IMG/VR virus record: IMGVR_UViG_3300044615_000494
Strand: one strand, 5' to 3'
Length of the DNA stretch: 64,000 nucleotides
From: a virus
Of the stretch, positions 18,282 to 30,872 are shown piece by piece (position 1 is the stretch's first letter; the number at the start of each line of letters is the position of its first letter). Made by a program: the position numbers and the translations under genes. A model generated the notes under the pieces. The model was not told the origin of the DNA, ran no database searches, and saw only the letters and a list, made by a program, of their open reading frames with translations.

Positions 18282-19259
18282 AGAACCTACTTTGTCTTCA
18301 ATTAGTTGATCTTTAAATTTAAGTCTTGGATCTCCCAAAGGCATTACACTTAACATTTTTTCTATAGGGAATCTATATAATTTTTCAAACGTCCAACCGT
18401 CTCCGGTTTTCTTTTCTAAGTGATTCTTTACTAATTCAAAACCTGTGAACTTTTGTTTTTGAGGAATTATATTAAATCCTGCTCTTCTATATCCCCTGTT
18501 TTTCTGTAAATATCTTAAATCTTCCCAATACTTTCGTTCTGTATAAGACACTACACTGCTCGGTACATAGCCAGTCACTGGTGGTGTAAGCAGAGAAATA
18601 GCCCAAGTGAGTTTAGGATTACAACTAAGAAAATTACCCTGACACTTAAATCCAGAAATGTTGCTGTAATTTATATAGTTTTGAGAATTTCTAGTATAGT
18701 TCATACCCCAACTGTTCAAGTATGTTGTATATAAAGGAGTGTTGCCTCCGGCTACTACTCCGTCGTATCCTTTCTGTCTTATCAAATCAAATAATTTATA
18801 ATGTACATTAAAATGCGGGCTCGGGCTTTTGTATTTTTTAGCATATTCATAGTTAGATATAGAAAGGAAATTTAATACATCTATCTCAATTATGTTATAT
18901 GGTATATTATTTTTACTGCAATACATCACTGCATGATCTACGTCTTGACTATTCAAATTATTTTTAAATTTTAGAATGAAAAGATCAAACTTGATATCAG
19001 CCTCGACAAAACATTGAACCATGCACTGACTATCGACTCCCCCGCTGAAACTTAAAGCAATTTTTGAGCCTATAGAATTAGCAGTATGTTCGGCTGCTTT
19101 TATCCTATAGCGTCTTATGTCTTCTTCTAAAAAAGACAACGTATTAAAAAAATCAATATCTAAATTAACCGGTAGGTGATTTACTTCTCTACTGACAATA
19201 TCAGAAAATATGCTAGAACAATCTAGCCAGTCATCATGAAAAAATTTAAATTGCGACAA
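18231..19259 (-). CDS. PP-loop (adenine nucleotide alpha-hydrolase) family protein
   Basis: IALSFSGGVDSQCM motif; C-terminal K.TGFE. Confidence 0.65.
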   Translation of the reverse strand: MSQFKFFHDDWLDCSSIFSDIVSREVNHLPVNLDIDFFNTLSFLEEDIRRYRIKAAEHTANSIGSKIALSFSGGVDSQCMVQCFVEADIKFDLFILKFKNNLNSQDVDHAVMYCSKNNIPYNIIEIDVLNFLSISNYEYAKKYKSPSPHFNVHYKLFDLIRQKGYDGVVAGGNTPLYTTYLNSWGMNYTRNSQNYINYSNISGFKCQGNFLSCNPKLTWAISLLTPPVTGYVPSSVVSYTERKYWEDLRYLQKNRGYRRAGFNIIPQKQKFTGFELVKNHLEKKTGDGWTFEKLYRFPIEKMLSVMPLGDPRLKFKDQLIEDKVGSLYRDNFMPGLGSSSGI

Positions 19260-19881
19260 CTCTACGTACCATTTTTGCTAATAACTCAGGAGTCCACATA
19301 ACATTAACGACTAACATAGTGCAACTGTCAATAAAACTGAATAGGCTATGTATTTTAGTAGTGTTGATGAAGTATACTTGTCCGGGTTTCAAATTTAATA
19401 CTCGCTCTTCTTGTATCCATTTCATATCATTAATACCGAAGTTGTTGATAGGAACAAGTATTCTAAAACTAGGAACACCTACTATGGCACCGTTGTCTCT
19501 GTGGGGAGGAAAGAAACCACCTTTGTCTAGGCGTAAGAAATGTGTTCTTCCCAGACAGGGTTCGAAGAAATCTAAGAGTTCTTTTAACTCAGGCATGAAT
19601 TCTACTATGCTAGTTCTTTTATTGAAGTCTTGCTCACCAAATTTAGTATTGTGTATTTTGTTATATTCACGTAAACTAGCAAGATCAGGCTCGCCGCTAA
19701 ATCCTCCATCTAGACTAGTAACGCTAAGACCAAATCTATTATAACCCGGCTTATGAGGTTGATAGACTTTCCATCCGGGGTGTCTCATGATGATATCATG
19801 AATTTTTCCAGCATGCCATACTGGAAAATCTAGTTCTACTACATCTCCGTAGTTAACAATGAAATCGGTTAGTGTGTGCAT
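19246..19881 (-). CDS. Asp/Asn beta-hydroxylase-like 2OG/cupin oxygenase
   Basis: RTHFLRLDKGGFFPPHRD, RILVP and INTTKIHS motifs; start at 19881 or 19887. Confidence 0.65.
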   Translation of the reverse strand: MHTLTDFIVNYGDVVELDFPVWHAGKIHDIIMRHPGWKVYQPHKPGYNRFGLSVTSLDGGFSGEPDLASLREYNKIHNTKFGEQDFNKRTSIVEFMPELKELLDFFEPCLGRTHFLRLDKGGFFPPHRDNGAIVGVPSFRILVPINNFGINDMKWIQEERVLNLKPGQVYFINTTKIHSLFSFIDSCTMLVVNVMWTPELLAKMVRRVVAI

Positions 19882-19909
19882 AGACATATTTATTTGGCTA
19901 AATATCACT

Positions 19910-20362
19910 ATGAAAGTAACCTTCATCTACAAAGGCTCAGTAAAGCCGCCTTCTATCTATGAAAAGTTTTCAGAAAAAGTAATCAATATAATGAAGGCTC
20001 TTTATGTATTACCTGATACGATAGAGATACAATTCGAACAGATGGGACCTAGCATGTATGGTATGACTATGCTTGACCCTAGATTTCCAAATCGTATACG
20101 TATAAACCAAGATTTGTCATTAGAAGAATATCTATTACCATTGACGCATGAATTAATTCACTTGCATCAAATGTTTACAAGTAGGTTGCAATCTAGACAG
20201 GGAGGGCGTATACTATGGGACAAGACTGTATATAAAGTCAACATGTTGGAGATGTCCTACGATGACTATCAGCAACTACCCTGGGAACTAGATGTTGCGG
20301 AAAAGCAACAAAAACTACTGAAGTTGTTGCAAGAAAACAACAGGAAACTGAAGGTTATGTAA
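19910..20362 (+). CDS. HExxH zinc metallopeptidase-like protein
   Basis: LTHELIHLHQ plus YQQLPWE motif. Confidence 0.7.
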   Translation: MKVTFIYKGSVKPPSIYEKFSEKVINIMKALYVLPDTIEIQFEQMGPSMYGMTMLDPRFPNRIRINQDLSLEEYLLPLTHELIHLHQMFTSRLQSRQGGRILWDKTVYKVNMLEMSYDDYQQLPWELDVAEKQQKLLKLLQENNRKLKVM

Positions 20363-20406
20363 GTGATTGATTCATATAGATTTCCTGTAGCAAAAAAACA
20401 ACAAAA

Positions 20407-20440
20407 AAGGCTTGACATTTGGGTCAATAGGGCGCATAAT
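20407..20440 (+). promoter_or_regulatory. Early sigma70 promoter
   Basis: AGGC-TTGACA-17-CATAAT. Confidence 0.75.
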
Positions 20441-20446
20441 ACATAT

Positions 20447-20782
20447 ATGCTGACAAAACAACGTAAACGCCGTAGTGATCGTAATCAAGCAATCTATATG
20501 CTTGAGAACACTATCACCGGTGAGCAATACATAGGATTGACTGTAGTATCATATCGCGGTAACGCCGAGCGTACTATACAACGCCGATTCTTGAAGCACG
20601 TACAACGTGCAATGACTGAAAACAAGAGTTGGGGTCTGAGTCGCAACATTCGCAAGTATGGTGCTGAGGCTTTTATCGTTATGTTGGTAGATGTAGTACG
20701 CGGTAAGGCTGAGGCTCACAAAGTTGAGACTGGTCTTATCAATGAATTGCAACCCGCACTTAACACTTTTGGAGTAAAGTAA
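20447..20782 (+). CDS. GIY-YIG nuclease-like protein
   Basis: AIYMLENTITGEQYIG, R...H, E..LI...QP.LN; start moved downstream of the promoter. Confidence 0.7.
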   Translation: MLTKQRKRRSDRNQAIYMLENTITGEQYIGLTVVSYRGNAERTIQRRFLKHVQRAMTENKSWGLSRNIRKYGAEAFIVMLVDVVRGKAEAHKVETGLINELQPALNTFGVK

Positions 20783-21012
20783 TGAATGAAAACATCGATA
20801 TCCTGATACAATCTACTGCAACAATTTTAGATCGTGATCCACTAGATCAAACGGAAGATACGTATAGTATCCTACTTAAGTTCACGCAAGCCCTCGCTAC
20901 AGAGTTAGGTGAGATCCTAGTGAAAAGTCCCTACAACGAAGGGGTTCTTATGTACTTTGACGAGAAAATTGCTCGCTACGAAGTTAAGAAGGCAGTTGGA
21001 TTAAATGGATAA
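20782..21012 (+). CDS. Hypothetical protein
   Basis: Coupled 76-aa ORF. Confidence 0.55.
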   Translation: MNENIDILIQSTATILDRDPLDQTEDTYSILLKFTQALATELGEILVKSPYNEGVLMYFDEKIARYEVKKAVGLNG

Positions 21013-21277
21013 CGTAATGAAAAATCGGTACGGAGATGAATATAGTTTTGTCAAGGTCGATGACAATACCTACACTATTGCCGGTGACTTGATGAATTGG
21101 CGATTTGGAGGATGTCAAGGCCAAGAACAAATGGACTTCAGTAACTTAGGTTTTGTTGACCCTAGCGGTGGTCCGTTTATTCAACTAGGTGCAAGTATCG
21201 ATGGTCGCAAGATCAAGCGCATCTCCGCATCCGGGGACTTCAACAAGATGCCCACTATAATGTTTGAAGTTGAATGA
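21005..21277 (+). CDS. Conserved phage hypothetical protein
   Basis: NRYGDEY.F and FVDPSGGPFI motifs. Confidence 0.6.
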   Translation: MDNVMKNRYGDEYSFVKVDDNTYTIAGDLMNWRFGGCQGQEQMDFSNLGFVDPSGGPFIQLGASIDGRKIKRISASGDFNKMPTIMFEVE

Positions 21278-21328
21278 CGAAACCTATATAGGACATTAAA
21301 CCCAACTAAATATTTAGTTGGGTTTTCC

Positions 21329-22291
21329 ATGATATACCATAATACCAAGCACAATATTTTTTATTATCCTATATTCAGATGCGGTAGCAGTATCCTTCGC
21401 GATATCTCATCACAATATGATGAACTAGTAGAGTATCACGATGACGAAGGATTCAAACTTATAGACCTTAATCGTGAATGTCCTATCTATGTAATTTATA
21501 GAGATCCCGAGACACGTTTTAAAAGTGGATTACAGATAACTATCACGAGGTTTTTACCCTGCGATATACCACCGCAGTCAAGATACGTTGATCAATTCTT
21601 GGATGAGGGACATGATGTTTCCTTTGAAAATGCTATGGGGTTTTTAGATAATGTTATCACTACAGATATCCCTAAAGTTTCTGGATCCTGGCAAGGTAAG
21701 ATTATGCGACCGTTCCATTTATATGACTCACACATCGATCATATGTTATGGAAGATACTGATACTCAAGGCATATGACTATAACGTTGTGCCCTTACCTA
21801 TCAACAAATATGACAGTCATCTGGCTCCGTTATATCCTAAAGCATATAACGATATATTAAAGTCGCATGACAGGCCTGAAACTTTCAAACACAACAATAA
21901 GAGAGCATTAAGACTCTGGGATATCTATAAAAAAGTTTTTATAGAAAATAAATATTTTCAGAACAAAACACAGAGACCGCATATCTCTTTTAAAGAGTGG
22001 ATGGATGAAGAAAGAAAAGTCTTTGCTACGATAGAAAAATTTAAGTCTGCTGCTACTTTTAAATTCGCCTGTGACAAGATGATAACGAAATTATTTGCGA
22101 ACAAAATTTATTTTGAAGATATGTACTCGCCGTCATTAGAAAGAATTCATGAATTGTTAGATATATTACATCGTCATAAAAAACCTTTAAAACAATTTGA
22201 ATTATTTCATAAAACATATAGGTCTATCTCTGTACAAACGGATGAATTTCAAAGTGGTCAATACATAGAAAACGATAAGAGGAGAAAATAA
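21329..22291 (+). CDS. Sulfotransferase-like protein
   Basis: YPIFRCGSS, IYRDPETRFKSG and DSH motifs. Confidence 0.5.
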   Translation: MIYHNTKHNIFYYPIFRCGSSILRDISSQYDELVEYHDDEGFKLIDLNRECPIYVIYRDPETRFKSGLQITITRFLPCDIPPQSRYVDQFLDEGHDVSFENAMGFLDNVITTDIPKVSGSWQGKIMRPFHLYDSHIDHMLWKILILKAYDYNVVPLPINKYDSHLAPLYPKAYNDILKSHDRPETFKHNNKRALRLWDIYKKVFIENKYFQNKTQRPHISFKEWMDEERKVFATIEKFKSAATFKFACDKMITKLFANKIYFEDMYSPSLERIHELLDILHRHKKPLKQFELFHKTYRSISVQTDEFQSGQYIENDKRRK

Positions 22292-22293
22292 AT

Positions 22294-23097
22294 ATGCCGG
22301 TGTTAGGTGTATGTGGTGATAGTTGGTATGCAGCCACGCAAAATATTGAAAATAATCCAGCATGCCATGATAGTGAAGGAAAGCATTTTAGTGAGATCCT
22401 TGCTAATAAATTAGACTATATGTTATTCACGCTGGCGCGCGGTGCCGCAAGCAATAGTTGTATACGATTGCAAATAACTGAAATGGTAAAGAGAAAAGTA
22501 GACTTCATATTGATAGGTACTACCTCTGTTAACAGGATAGAATATCCATTGTATCATGATAGAGAATATGATCCTAATTTAGGATTGTTCAACATCAATT
22601 ACACATTTCATCCTGATCAAAGTTCTCAATATTTTTCAAAAAATAAAGAAGTTTTAGCAAGCGATACGTTGACTAACATTTTTGGTAACAAGAATAATCA
22701 TGCCCCTGTGCGTAGCGAAGAACAACGTGAAGCAATAAAGAATTATTATCTAGAAGCATACGATGACAAATTCAGAGAACAACAAGATTCGTGGATCATA
22801 GCAAGCGGTATACAAATGATACGTGATGCGAAAATTCCCTATCTTTTGTTAGGACATCCTTGGCTAGAGCATGCGGGATACTTCAAGGATTCTATCAGAG
22901 ATGTATTATATGATGCTGAAAAGGGTATAATTCCCTGGACTTATGGAGTCACTAGCGCACCCCATGCGACACGTAGATGGCATACGGTCGATGAGACACA
23001 AGTGATTGTAGCAGAAAAATTGTATAAGTACATAACCAAAAATAAGTTATTGACACTTGCCCAAAATACTTTACCTCAGACCAGTTCCAGTTTATGA
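22294..23097 (+). CDS. SGNH-like protein
   Basis: VLGVCGDSW, LARGAASN..I..QI, late His (RWH). Confidence 0.5.
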   Translation: MPVLGVCGDSWYAATQNIENNPACHDSEGKHFSEILANKLDYMLFTLARGAASNSCIRLQITEMVKRKVDFILIGTTSVNRIEYPLYHDREYDPNLGLFNINYTFHPDQSSQYFSKNKEVLASDTLTNIFGNKNNHAPVRSEEQREAIKNYYLEAYDDKFREQQDSWIIASGIQMIRDAKIPYLLLGHPWLEHAGYFKDSIRDVLYDAEKGIIPWTYGVTSAPHATRRWHTVDETQVIVAEKLYKYITKNKLLTLAQNTLPQTSSSL

Positions 23098-23124
23098 TAC
23101 AAAGATTGATTAACTTTAAAGGAG

Positions 23125-23337
23125 ATGTCCTTGTCTACTCTAGAATCTACACAACGCCCGGTCGTTAAGTTTGATCCTAGCAACCCAGACCATCGTAAGT
23201 GGTTGGGCCAATTCACTACTAATCTGAGTTGGGGTAACTGCCCTGTCAGGTTCAGTAATGAGGGATATGGTAACACTGTTGCGCAAATGCAACAGCGATT
23301 GATACAGTATTACGTTAGCCAAGAATTTAATAAATAA
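23125..23337 (+). CDS. Conserved phage hypothetical protein
   Basis: RBS AAAGGAG; FDPSNPDHR...WGNCPVRF motif. Confidence 0.65.
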   Translation: MSLSTLESTQRPVVKFDPSNPDHRKWLGQFTTNLSWGNCPVRFSNEGYGNTVAQMQQRLIQYYVSQEFNK

Positions 23338-23376
23338 CTCTTGACAACAGGAACCAAATCCTGTAATATAATGGGT

Positions 23377-23541
23377 ATGAAAACTGAACGCATTTCTTTC
23401 GTTATCAAGGCCCCTAAGAAGCGTGTCCACAAGGCACTTTTCGACAGGGAGTGTAACTTTCGCGGCAAGCGCCAGGACGACAAGCACGCCTACAAGCGCA
23501 AGCCCAAAAACAACCGCTGGGACATTGAATATGAGTACTGA
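23377..23541 (+). CDS. Small basic early protein
   Basis: Follows the TTGACA promoter at 23341; K/R-rich. Confidence 0.55.
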   Translation: MKTERISFVIKAPKKRVHKALFDRECNFRGKRQDDKHAYKRKPKNNRWDIEYEY

Positions 23542-23701
23542 CCGTACACAGGAAATTCGTGACCTACGGGCTCTAGGATATGATACTTATACCATAGCCC
23601 GTAAACTTGAGTTGACGGTTCCCGAGGTCGAGAAAGTGATCTATGGGACTGATGAAGCGACCGATGATTCCTTGGTATTTTGGGCTAGTCAGCACTACTA
23701 A
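23531..23701 (+). CDS. Small HTH-like protein
   Basis: EIRDLRALGYDTYTIARKLELTVPEV resembles a helix-turn-helix. Confidence 0.5.
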   Translation: MSTDRTQEIRDLRALGYDTYTIARKLELTVPEVEKVIYGTDEATDDSLVFWASQHY

Positions 23702-23818
23702 GTTGTTGTTTTTAAACAACATTTTTCCGTAAAAAATCCGTAAATTTCCGTAAAAAAGGCTTGACTTTGGGTCAGCCCGGTACTATAATATACATATAGT
23801 CGAGATTAAGGAACAGAT
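23699..23818 (+). repeat. Early promoter cassette copy A (stem-loop + sigma70 promoter)
   Basis: TAAGTTGTTGTTTTTAAACAACA hairpin; AGGC-TTGACT(23761)-17-TATAAT(23784). Confidence 0.85.
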
Positions 23819-24286
23819 ATGAAAATCGTTATCACTACTCAAGTCCGCGAAAATTACGGTGACGCTAACAAGCCCTACTGGAAGTTCAAGGGCGGCGACA
23901 CTTATGTTGTACCCGATCTCTCGGTCGAGCAGACCCTCAAGGTCAAGGAGTATGGAATCCCTACTCTCAGGGCATTGATTGAAACCCGCACTCAGGGTTT
24001 CGAGGAGTATGTCGTTGATTGGAGTATCCTCGATGATGACGCTACTGTGTCCGAACCCTGGGAAACGCCCTATAATCTGTATTGGGAGCAGGGTCGTTGG
24101 GTCGCCCGTCGCATCGTTGAAAACGGTGAGTACGGATACATGCGAGCCGAGGTCGCTAGCAAGGCTGAAGAGTATGTTATGCTAATGGCTGGTGGTCGTG
24201 AGAATTATGTTGCTGTCTATACTATGCGCAACGGTGATGTTGTGAATAGTAAGGATGTGGAAGTTTATTTAACTAAGGCTGCTTAA
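23819..24286 (+). CDS. Early hypothetical protein
   Basis: RBS AAGGA; MKIVITTQVRENYG...WKFKGG phage motif. Confidence 0.7.
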   Translation: MKIVITTQVRENYGDANKPYWKFKGGDTYVVPDLSVEQTLKVKEYGIPTLRALIETRTQGFEEYVVDWSILDDDATVSEPWETPYNLYWEQGRWVARRIVENGEYGYMRAEVASKAEEYVMLMAGGRENYVAVYTMRNGDVVNSKDVEVYLTKAA

Positions 24287-24296
24287 GGAGAAAATC

Positions 24297-24569
24297 ATGG
24301 ATATCAAAGAAATCAATAGTGCTATCATGTTCGGTAATCTTACCAATGACGAATTGAATTCGATTGGTGATGCTATTCGCTATCGCCGTAGTCAATTGAC
24401 TACCCAATCGCGCCGTAGTCTTAGTCTCGGTTGTACTGTGAAGTTTACGAATAGCCGAACTGGACAGTTGGTTACTGGTAAGGTTGACAAGATCAACCGC
24501 AAGTTTATTATTGTTAATGCAGGATTTACTCGCTGGCGAGTGCCCGCAAATATGTTGGAGGCGGTATGA
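24297..24569 (+). CDS. Early hypothetical protein (SH3-like C-terminus)
   Basis: RBS AAGGAG; VKF...G.V.KIN.K.I.V....W.VP pattern. Confidence 0.7.
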   Translation: MDIKEINSAIMFGNLTNDELNSIGDAIRYRRSQLTTQSRRSLSLGCTVKFTNSRTGQLVTGKVDKINRKFIIVNAGFTRWRVPANMLEAV

Positions 24570-24642
24570 TCGCTAATTTGATTATCATAGCCAGCCCGAT
24601 CATATTGATGGGCTTGGCGATTATTGTAGCAGGTGAGTTTTA

Positions 24643-24987
24643 ATGGAAGCACATTCATTAGATGTTTTAGCAGAACGGGTTGTACGTGACGGAAAGGTCG
24701 CGGTACTGTATAGCCCTGGCTTCGGCGCAGGCTGGAGCACTTGGGGCGATTCGGAATTCCGTGATCGTCTGCTGTTCGACCCGGAAGTTGTAGCCTGGGT
24801 TGAAGGTGGCAAGGTTGGTTCGTTGCCGGATTTGGAAGCCAAGTACGGTGTGGATCATTTTTACGACGGTGGAGCCAGCGATCTAATGATCCGTTGGGTA
24901 CCGATTGGTTCTCGGTTCCGTGTGCATGAGTACGACGGATCGGAGAGTGTGGTTTTGTTTGAAGAGGAAGATTGGGTGTTAGCATGA
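24643..24987 (+). CDS. Conserved phage hypothetical protein
   Basis: VAVLYSPGFGAGWSTW and FRVHEYDGSE motifs. Confidence 0.7.
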   Translation: MEAHSLDVLAERVVRDGKVAVLYSPGFGAGWSTWGDSEFRDRLLFDPEVVAWVEGGKVGSLPDLEAKYGVDHFYDGGASDLMIRWVPIGSRFRVHEYDGSESVVLFEEEDWVLA

Positions 24988-25154
24988 GCAAGATGAGTGA
25001 TTTGAATATTGAAATTCAGGACCAATTGGTCTCGGGTACGGACCCTGTACAGGTGGCGGAACGTCTCAAGATTCCCCTAGAATGGGTCACGGCCACATTG
25101 GAATACATGAATGAGTCGGACGAACCGGACCTGTCCTACTCTGAGGAACTGTAA
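24984..25154 (+). CDS. Small acidic HTH-like protein
   Basis: MSKMSDL...VAERLKIPLEWV; ATGA coupling. Confidence 0.55.
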   Translation: MSKMSDLNIEIQDQLVSGTDPVQVAERLKIPLEWVTATLEYMNESDEPDLSYSEEL

Positions 25155-25266
25155 GTTGTTGTTTTTAAACAACAAAATATCCTAAAAATAGTGGATAAAA
25201 AGGCTTGACTTTGGGCGCCCAAGGTACTATAATAGTTACATAGAGTTGAGAAACGGAGATTACGAA
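25152..25266 (+). repeat. Early promoter cassette copy B
   Basis: Same hairpin as copy A; TTGACT(25205)-17-TATAAT(25228); leader CATAGAGTTGAGAAACGGAGA shared with copies C and D. Confidence 0.88.
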
Positions 25267-25698
25267 ATGGCTTACATGAATCAAGAACGCAAGGCAAAGA
25301 TCGCAACGGTGCTCAAGCCCATACTCGCAAAGTACGGTGTCAAGGGTTCGCTGAGTGTCCGAAATCATTCTAGCATTGTACTGACCCTCAAGTCAGGTAA
25401 GATTGATTTCATCGAAAACTACATTAAGACCGATGCCGAAAAGCCCTACGCTAAACACTTTTCGGAAGATCAGGTTGCGTACATTCGCAAGAATCAATCG
25501 ATTGACGTTAACCCCTACTGGTTTCAGGAGCACTTCAATGGTGTTGCTAAGGACTTCTTGACTGAGGCTTTCAAGGCACTTAAGGCGGCTGACTGGTATG
25601 ATGAGTCTGACGCTATGACCGATTATTTCAATACGGCTTACTACGTTGACCTCAATGTCGGCAAGTGGAACAAGCCCTACGTGGTTACTGCTAAGTAA
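25267..25698 (+). CDS. Conserved phage early protein
   Basis: MAYMNQERKAKIA...WYDESDAMTDYFNTAYY...GKWNKPY. Confidence 0.7.
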   Translation: MAYMNQERKAKIATVLKPILAKYGVKGSLSVRNHSSIVLTLKSGKIDFIENYIKTDAEKPYAKHFSEDQVAYIRKNQSIDVNPYWFQEHFNGVAKDFLTEAFKALKAADWYDESDAMTDYFNTAYYVDLNVGKWNKPYVVTAK

Positions 25699-25722
25699 TA
25701 TAGTAGGAACAGGAGAATTAAA

Positions 25723-25878
25723 ATGAAACAATATTGGATGCTTTGCAGACTTAAAGATGAACCGGGCGCAGGTACGACCCGTGTCTACATCATGGCTGAT
25801 AATCCTTACGCGGCGACTCAAATGTTGAAAGCCCAGTATGGCAAGTTGCTGATTAGCGACTATGCGATGCCGGTATAA
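25723..25878 (+). CDS. Small hypothetical protein (51 aa)
   Basis: RBS AGGAG; MKQYWMLCRLKDEPG...; not in the ORF track. Confidence 0.65.
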   Translation: MKQYWMLCRLKDEPGAGTTRVYIMADNPYAATQMLKAQYGKLLISDYAMPV

Positions 25879-25985
25879 AGAATTGGGTAACAAAGTGGTT
25901 GACATTGGCTCCCCACTTTGTTATACTAATCTTGTAGTATATAACTACATGTGTGTTTAACTTTAAACTTGATGAGGTAATTTAT

Positions 25986-26366
25986 ATGACGACTACTCTG
26001 TATACTGTTGTTGGTATCACTGTTCACAATGGCAACGCTAAGGTGCGTTTCACTGATGACATGGCTCGCCGTGTCAAGCAGTTCACGAAGGGTGGCGCGA
26101 CTCGCGTTGACTTCGTTACGCTCCCCAATGCTATGGGAAAGATCGAGGCTCTTAAGTACATGCTGACTCTTAATGAGTTCGCAAGTGCTGAGGATCAGGC
26201 TACGATCAATGATACCCTCAGTGATCGTGAGAAGGAGGCCCGCAAGGGTGAAGTGAAGGTCAAGGCATCTACGGCTAAGCCTTCTCTTGACGCTATTAAG
26301 GCCCGCGGCAACAAGTCTAAGACTACTGTTGCTGACGTTCTTGATGCGGTGAAGTCTGCTGAGTAA
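25986..26366 (+). CDS. Hypothetical protein
   Basis: Promoter TTGACA-17-TATACT upstream, RBS GAGG; followed by a terminator. Confidence 0.7.
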   Translation: MTTTLYTVVGITVHNGNAKVRFTDDMARRVKQFTKGGATRVDFVTLPNAMGKIEALKYMLTLNEFASAEDQATINDTLSDREKEARKGEVKVKASTAKPSLDAIKARGNKSKTTVADVLDAVKSAE

Positions 26367-26392
26367 TCAGTAATAACAAACTGATTTAGGTT

Positions 26393-26412
26393 AGGCCCCG
26401 CAAGGGGCCTTT
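26393..26412 (+). terminator. Terminator between convergent genes
   Basis: AGGCCCC-GCAA-GGGGCCT GNRA hairpin. Confidence 0.75.
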
Positions 26413-26416
26413 CCTA

Positions 26417-27541
26417 TTACAGACGAGGAAATTGTCTATGTAAGTAATTTAAATTTTGACGATCTGGCATACGTTCATACCAGCCCTTTCCTTCATACAC
26501 ATTGAGTATATTCTGGAAATATTCTTCATACATAGGGGCGACATGTTCTAGTGTAAAGTTCTCGGCCCATGTACGACAGTTTTGTGGTTTGATGTTAGTG
26601 ATGTTCTCTGTAGCCCAAACGAAATGATCGAATGTGCGACAACGATATCCGGTCACACCGTGTAGGTTGTTTTCAACAAACGAACCCCAATCTGTGGTAA
26701 TAGTCGGAGTGCCCGACATTAGCATCTCAATCTGTACGCCACCAAATGGTTCTATATACATGCTAGGCACATATGCACCTTTAGCATTAGCCATTAGTTT
26801 CTTTCTAGTAGGTACATCGGCATAGCCTACGAACTCAACGTGTTTTGGAAAATGCATGTCATCAGGCTTCTGTCCTGCGATAACTAATCGTTGACCTGCG
26901 GCTTCACTTGCTTGTATCGCTACATGAACACCTTTACCTGAGTACACACGGCCAAGATATAGCATGTAATCTTCTTTTTGATCATTGAATGTAAAATCAT
27001 CTGTATCGAAATAGTTCGGAATCACTACATCATACCAGTCAGATTTGCAAGTGCCCACTCCCTGCATTCCATAGTAGGCATGCATGATAGCATAACTTTC
27101 AAATACTTTCCAACGTGCCCAATGTCCGCCGGCATATCCTATGCCAGGTTCAACTACTATCATATCATGTTGATGTGCATCACAGATAGCACGAACGCCA
27201 CTACCCCAGAAGGGTAATATGAAATCGTTCTTTTGCTTGCGCTTACCTATCTCACGTATAGCGTTAGCATAGAAAGTTTGATAAGCATGGTCTGAAGTAT
27301 TGTAGGTAAAGAAGTTTTTACGCCAATCATAATTGCCGTATGCTTTTTCTAAATCTTTATTAGTTAGTACTGTGACATGTTCATCACAGACGAGGTCTGA
27401 TTCCTCATGACCATAATGGATGATCTCATGGCCACGGGCCTTCATCATCTTACCGAACTTAAGAACTTTTTGAGTATATGCACAAGCATTATATTCTTTG
27501 CTTGTGACCGTATGTGGTAAACCTAGTATATGAAATCTCAT
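26417..27541 (-). CDS. GT-B glycosyltransferase (GT4-like)
   Basis: YLGRV...[27 protein letters not shown] (E-x7-E motif). Confidence 0.88.
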   Translation of the reverse strand: MRFHILGLPHTVTSKEYNACAYTQKVLKFGKMMKARGHEIIHYGHEESDLVCDEHVTVLTNKDLEKAYGNYDWRKNFFTYNTSDHAYQTFYANAIREIGKRKQKNDFILPFWGSGVRAICDAHQHDMIVVEPGIGYAGGHWARWKVFESYAIMHAYYGMQGVGTCKSDWYDVVIPNYFDTDDFTFNDQKEDYMLYLGRVYSGKGVHVAIQASEAAGQRLVIAGQKPDDMHFPKHVEFVGYADVPTRKKLMANAKGAYVPSMYIEPFGGVQIEMLMSGTPTITTDWGSFVENNLHGVTGYRCRTFDHFVWATENITNIKPQNCRTWAENFTLEHVAPMYEEYFQNILNVYEGKGWYERMPDRQNLNYLHRQFPRL

Positions 27542-27577
27542 ACGATTACTTATACTAGGTTACCTGTCAGTCAAAAA

Positions 27578-30157
<2,580 letters not shown>

Positions 30158-30175
30158 TCATCTGACGATATAAAA

Positions 30176-30847
30176 TTATGCACTAATAGCATTGCCACCA
30201 TTTAGTGACGCTAGTAGTAAAACTGAACTCGTTGCGTTTCCGCCATCACCGCTTACGCTAGGATCAATCTGAACCCAAGTTAAGTTGCCTGAACCATTCG
30301 TAGCAAGAACATATCCGTTTGAACCACCACTGATATAAACATTAGATACGGGTCCTAGATTTGCTGTGACTGTATTTAATGCCGTTGCATTCAACGTATT
30401 AATATTGGCTGTGGTATCAACTGATAATACTTGTGCTGCCTGATCATATCTAAAATTCGCACTAGCACCGAATAAATTATTATTATTGAACTGTACGTAT
30501 GTATTAGATCCGGCAGGATTGGCGATCTCGCTTTGTATGTTAGCCCATGTAAGATTTCCACTACCATTAGTACGCAACACGTAATTGTTGCTACCACCTG
30601 TGATCGTGATATTTCCTACTGCGCCTAGATTACTCTTACCTTCTACTGTAAGATTTTCAACAACGACATTGCCGAGGTTAGCATTGATGCTACCTGTTAC
30701 TGTGACATTTCCGCCTACTGTAAGATTACCTGAGATACTACCTTCACCTGTGACGGCAAGGTTGTCTACCAACAGGGTATCCCCTGCGGGCAGTTCTTGA
30801 ATTGTCTTCGTAGCAGAATTAGAAACTAGTGGATACTTATTTGCCAT
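30176..30847 (-). CDS. Fibre-associated structural protein
   Basis: Internal repeats GGSNxYVL.TNGSGNLTW; GSNTYVQFN module shared with neighbouring genes. Confidence 0.7.
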   Translation of the reverse strand: MANKYPLVSNSATKTIQELPAGDTLLVDNLAVTGEGSISGNLTVGGNVTVTGSINANLGNVVVENLTVEGKSNLGAVGNITITGGSNNYVLRTNGSGNLTWANIQSEIANPAGSNTYVQFNNNNLFGASANFRYDQAAQVLSVDTTANINTLNATALNTVTANLGPVSNVYISGGSNGYVLATNGSGNLTWVQIDPSVSGDGGNATSSVLLLASLNGGNAISA

Positions 30848-30872
30848 TGCTTAATCCTAATACTTGTATTTA

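Noticed and set aside
19910-19926. Divergent ORFs both starting MKVTFI
   Set aside because: This is an artefact of the near-palindrome ATGAAAGTAACCTTCAT; the minus gene more plausibly starts at 19881 or 19887.
20447-20782. GIY-YIG gene as an intron-encoded homing endonuclease
   Set aside because: It is free-standing, has its own promoter, interrupts no gene, and is short.
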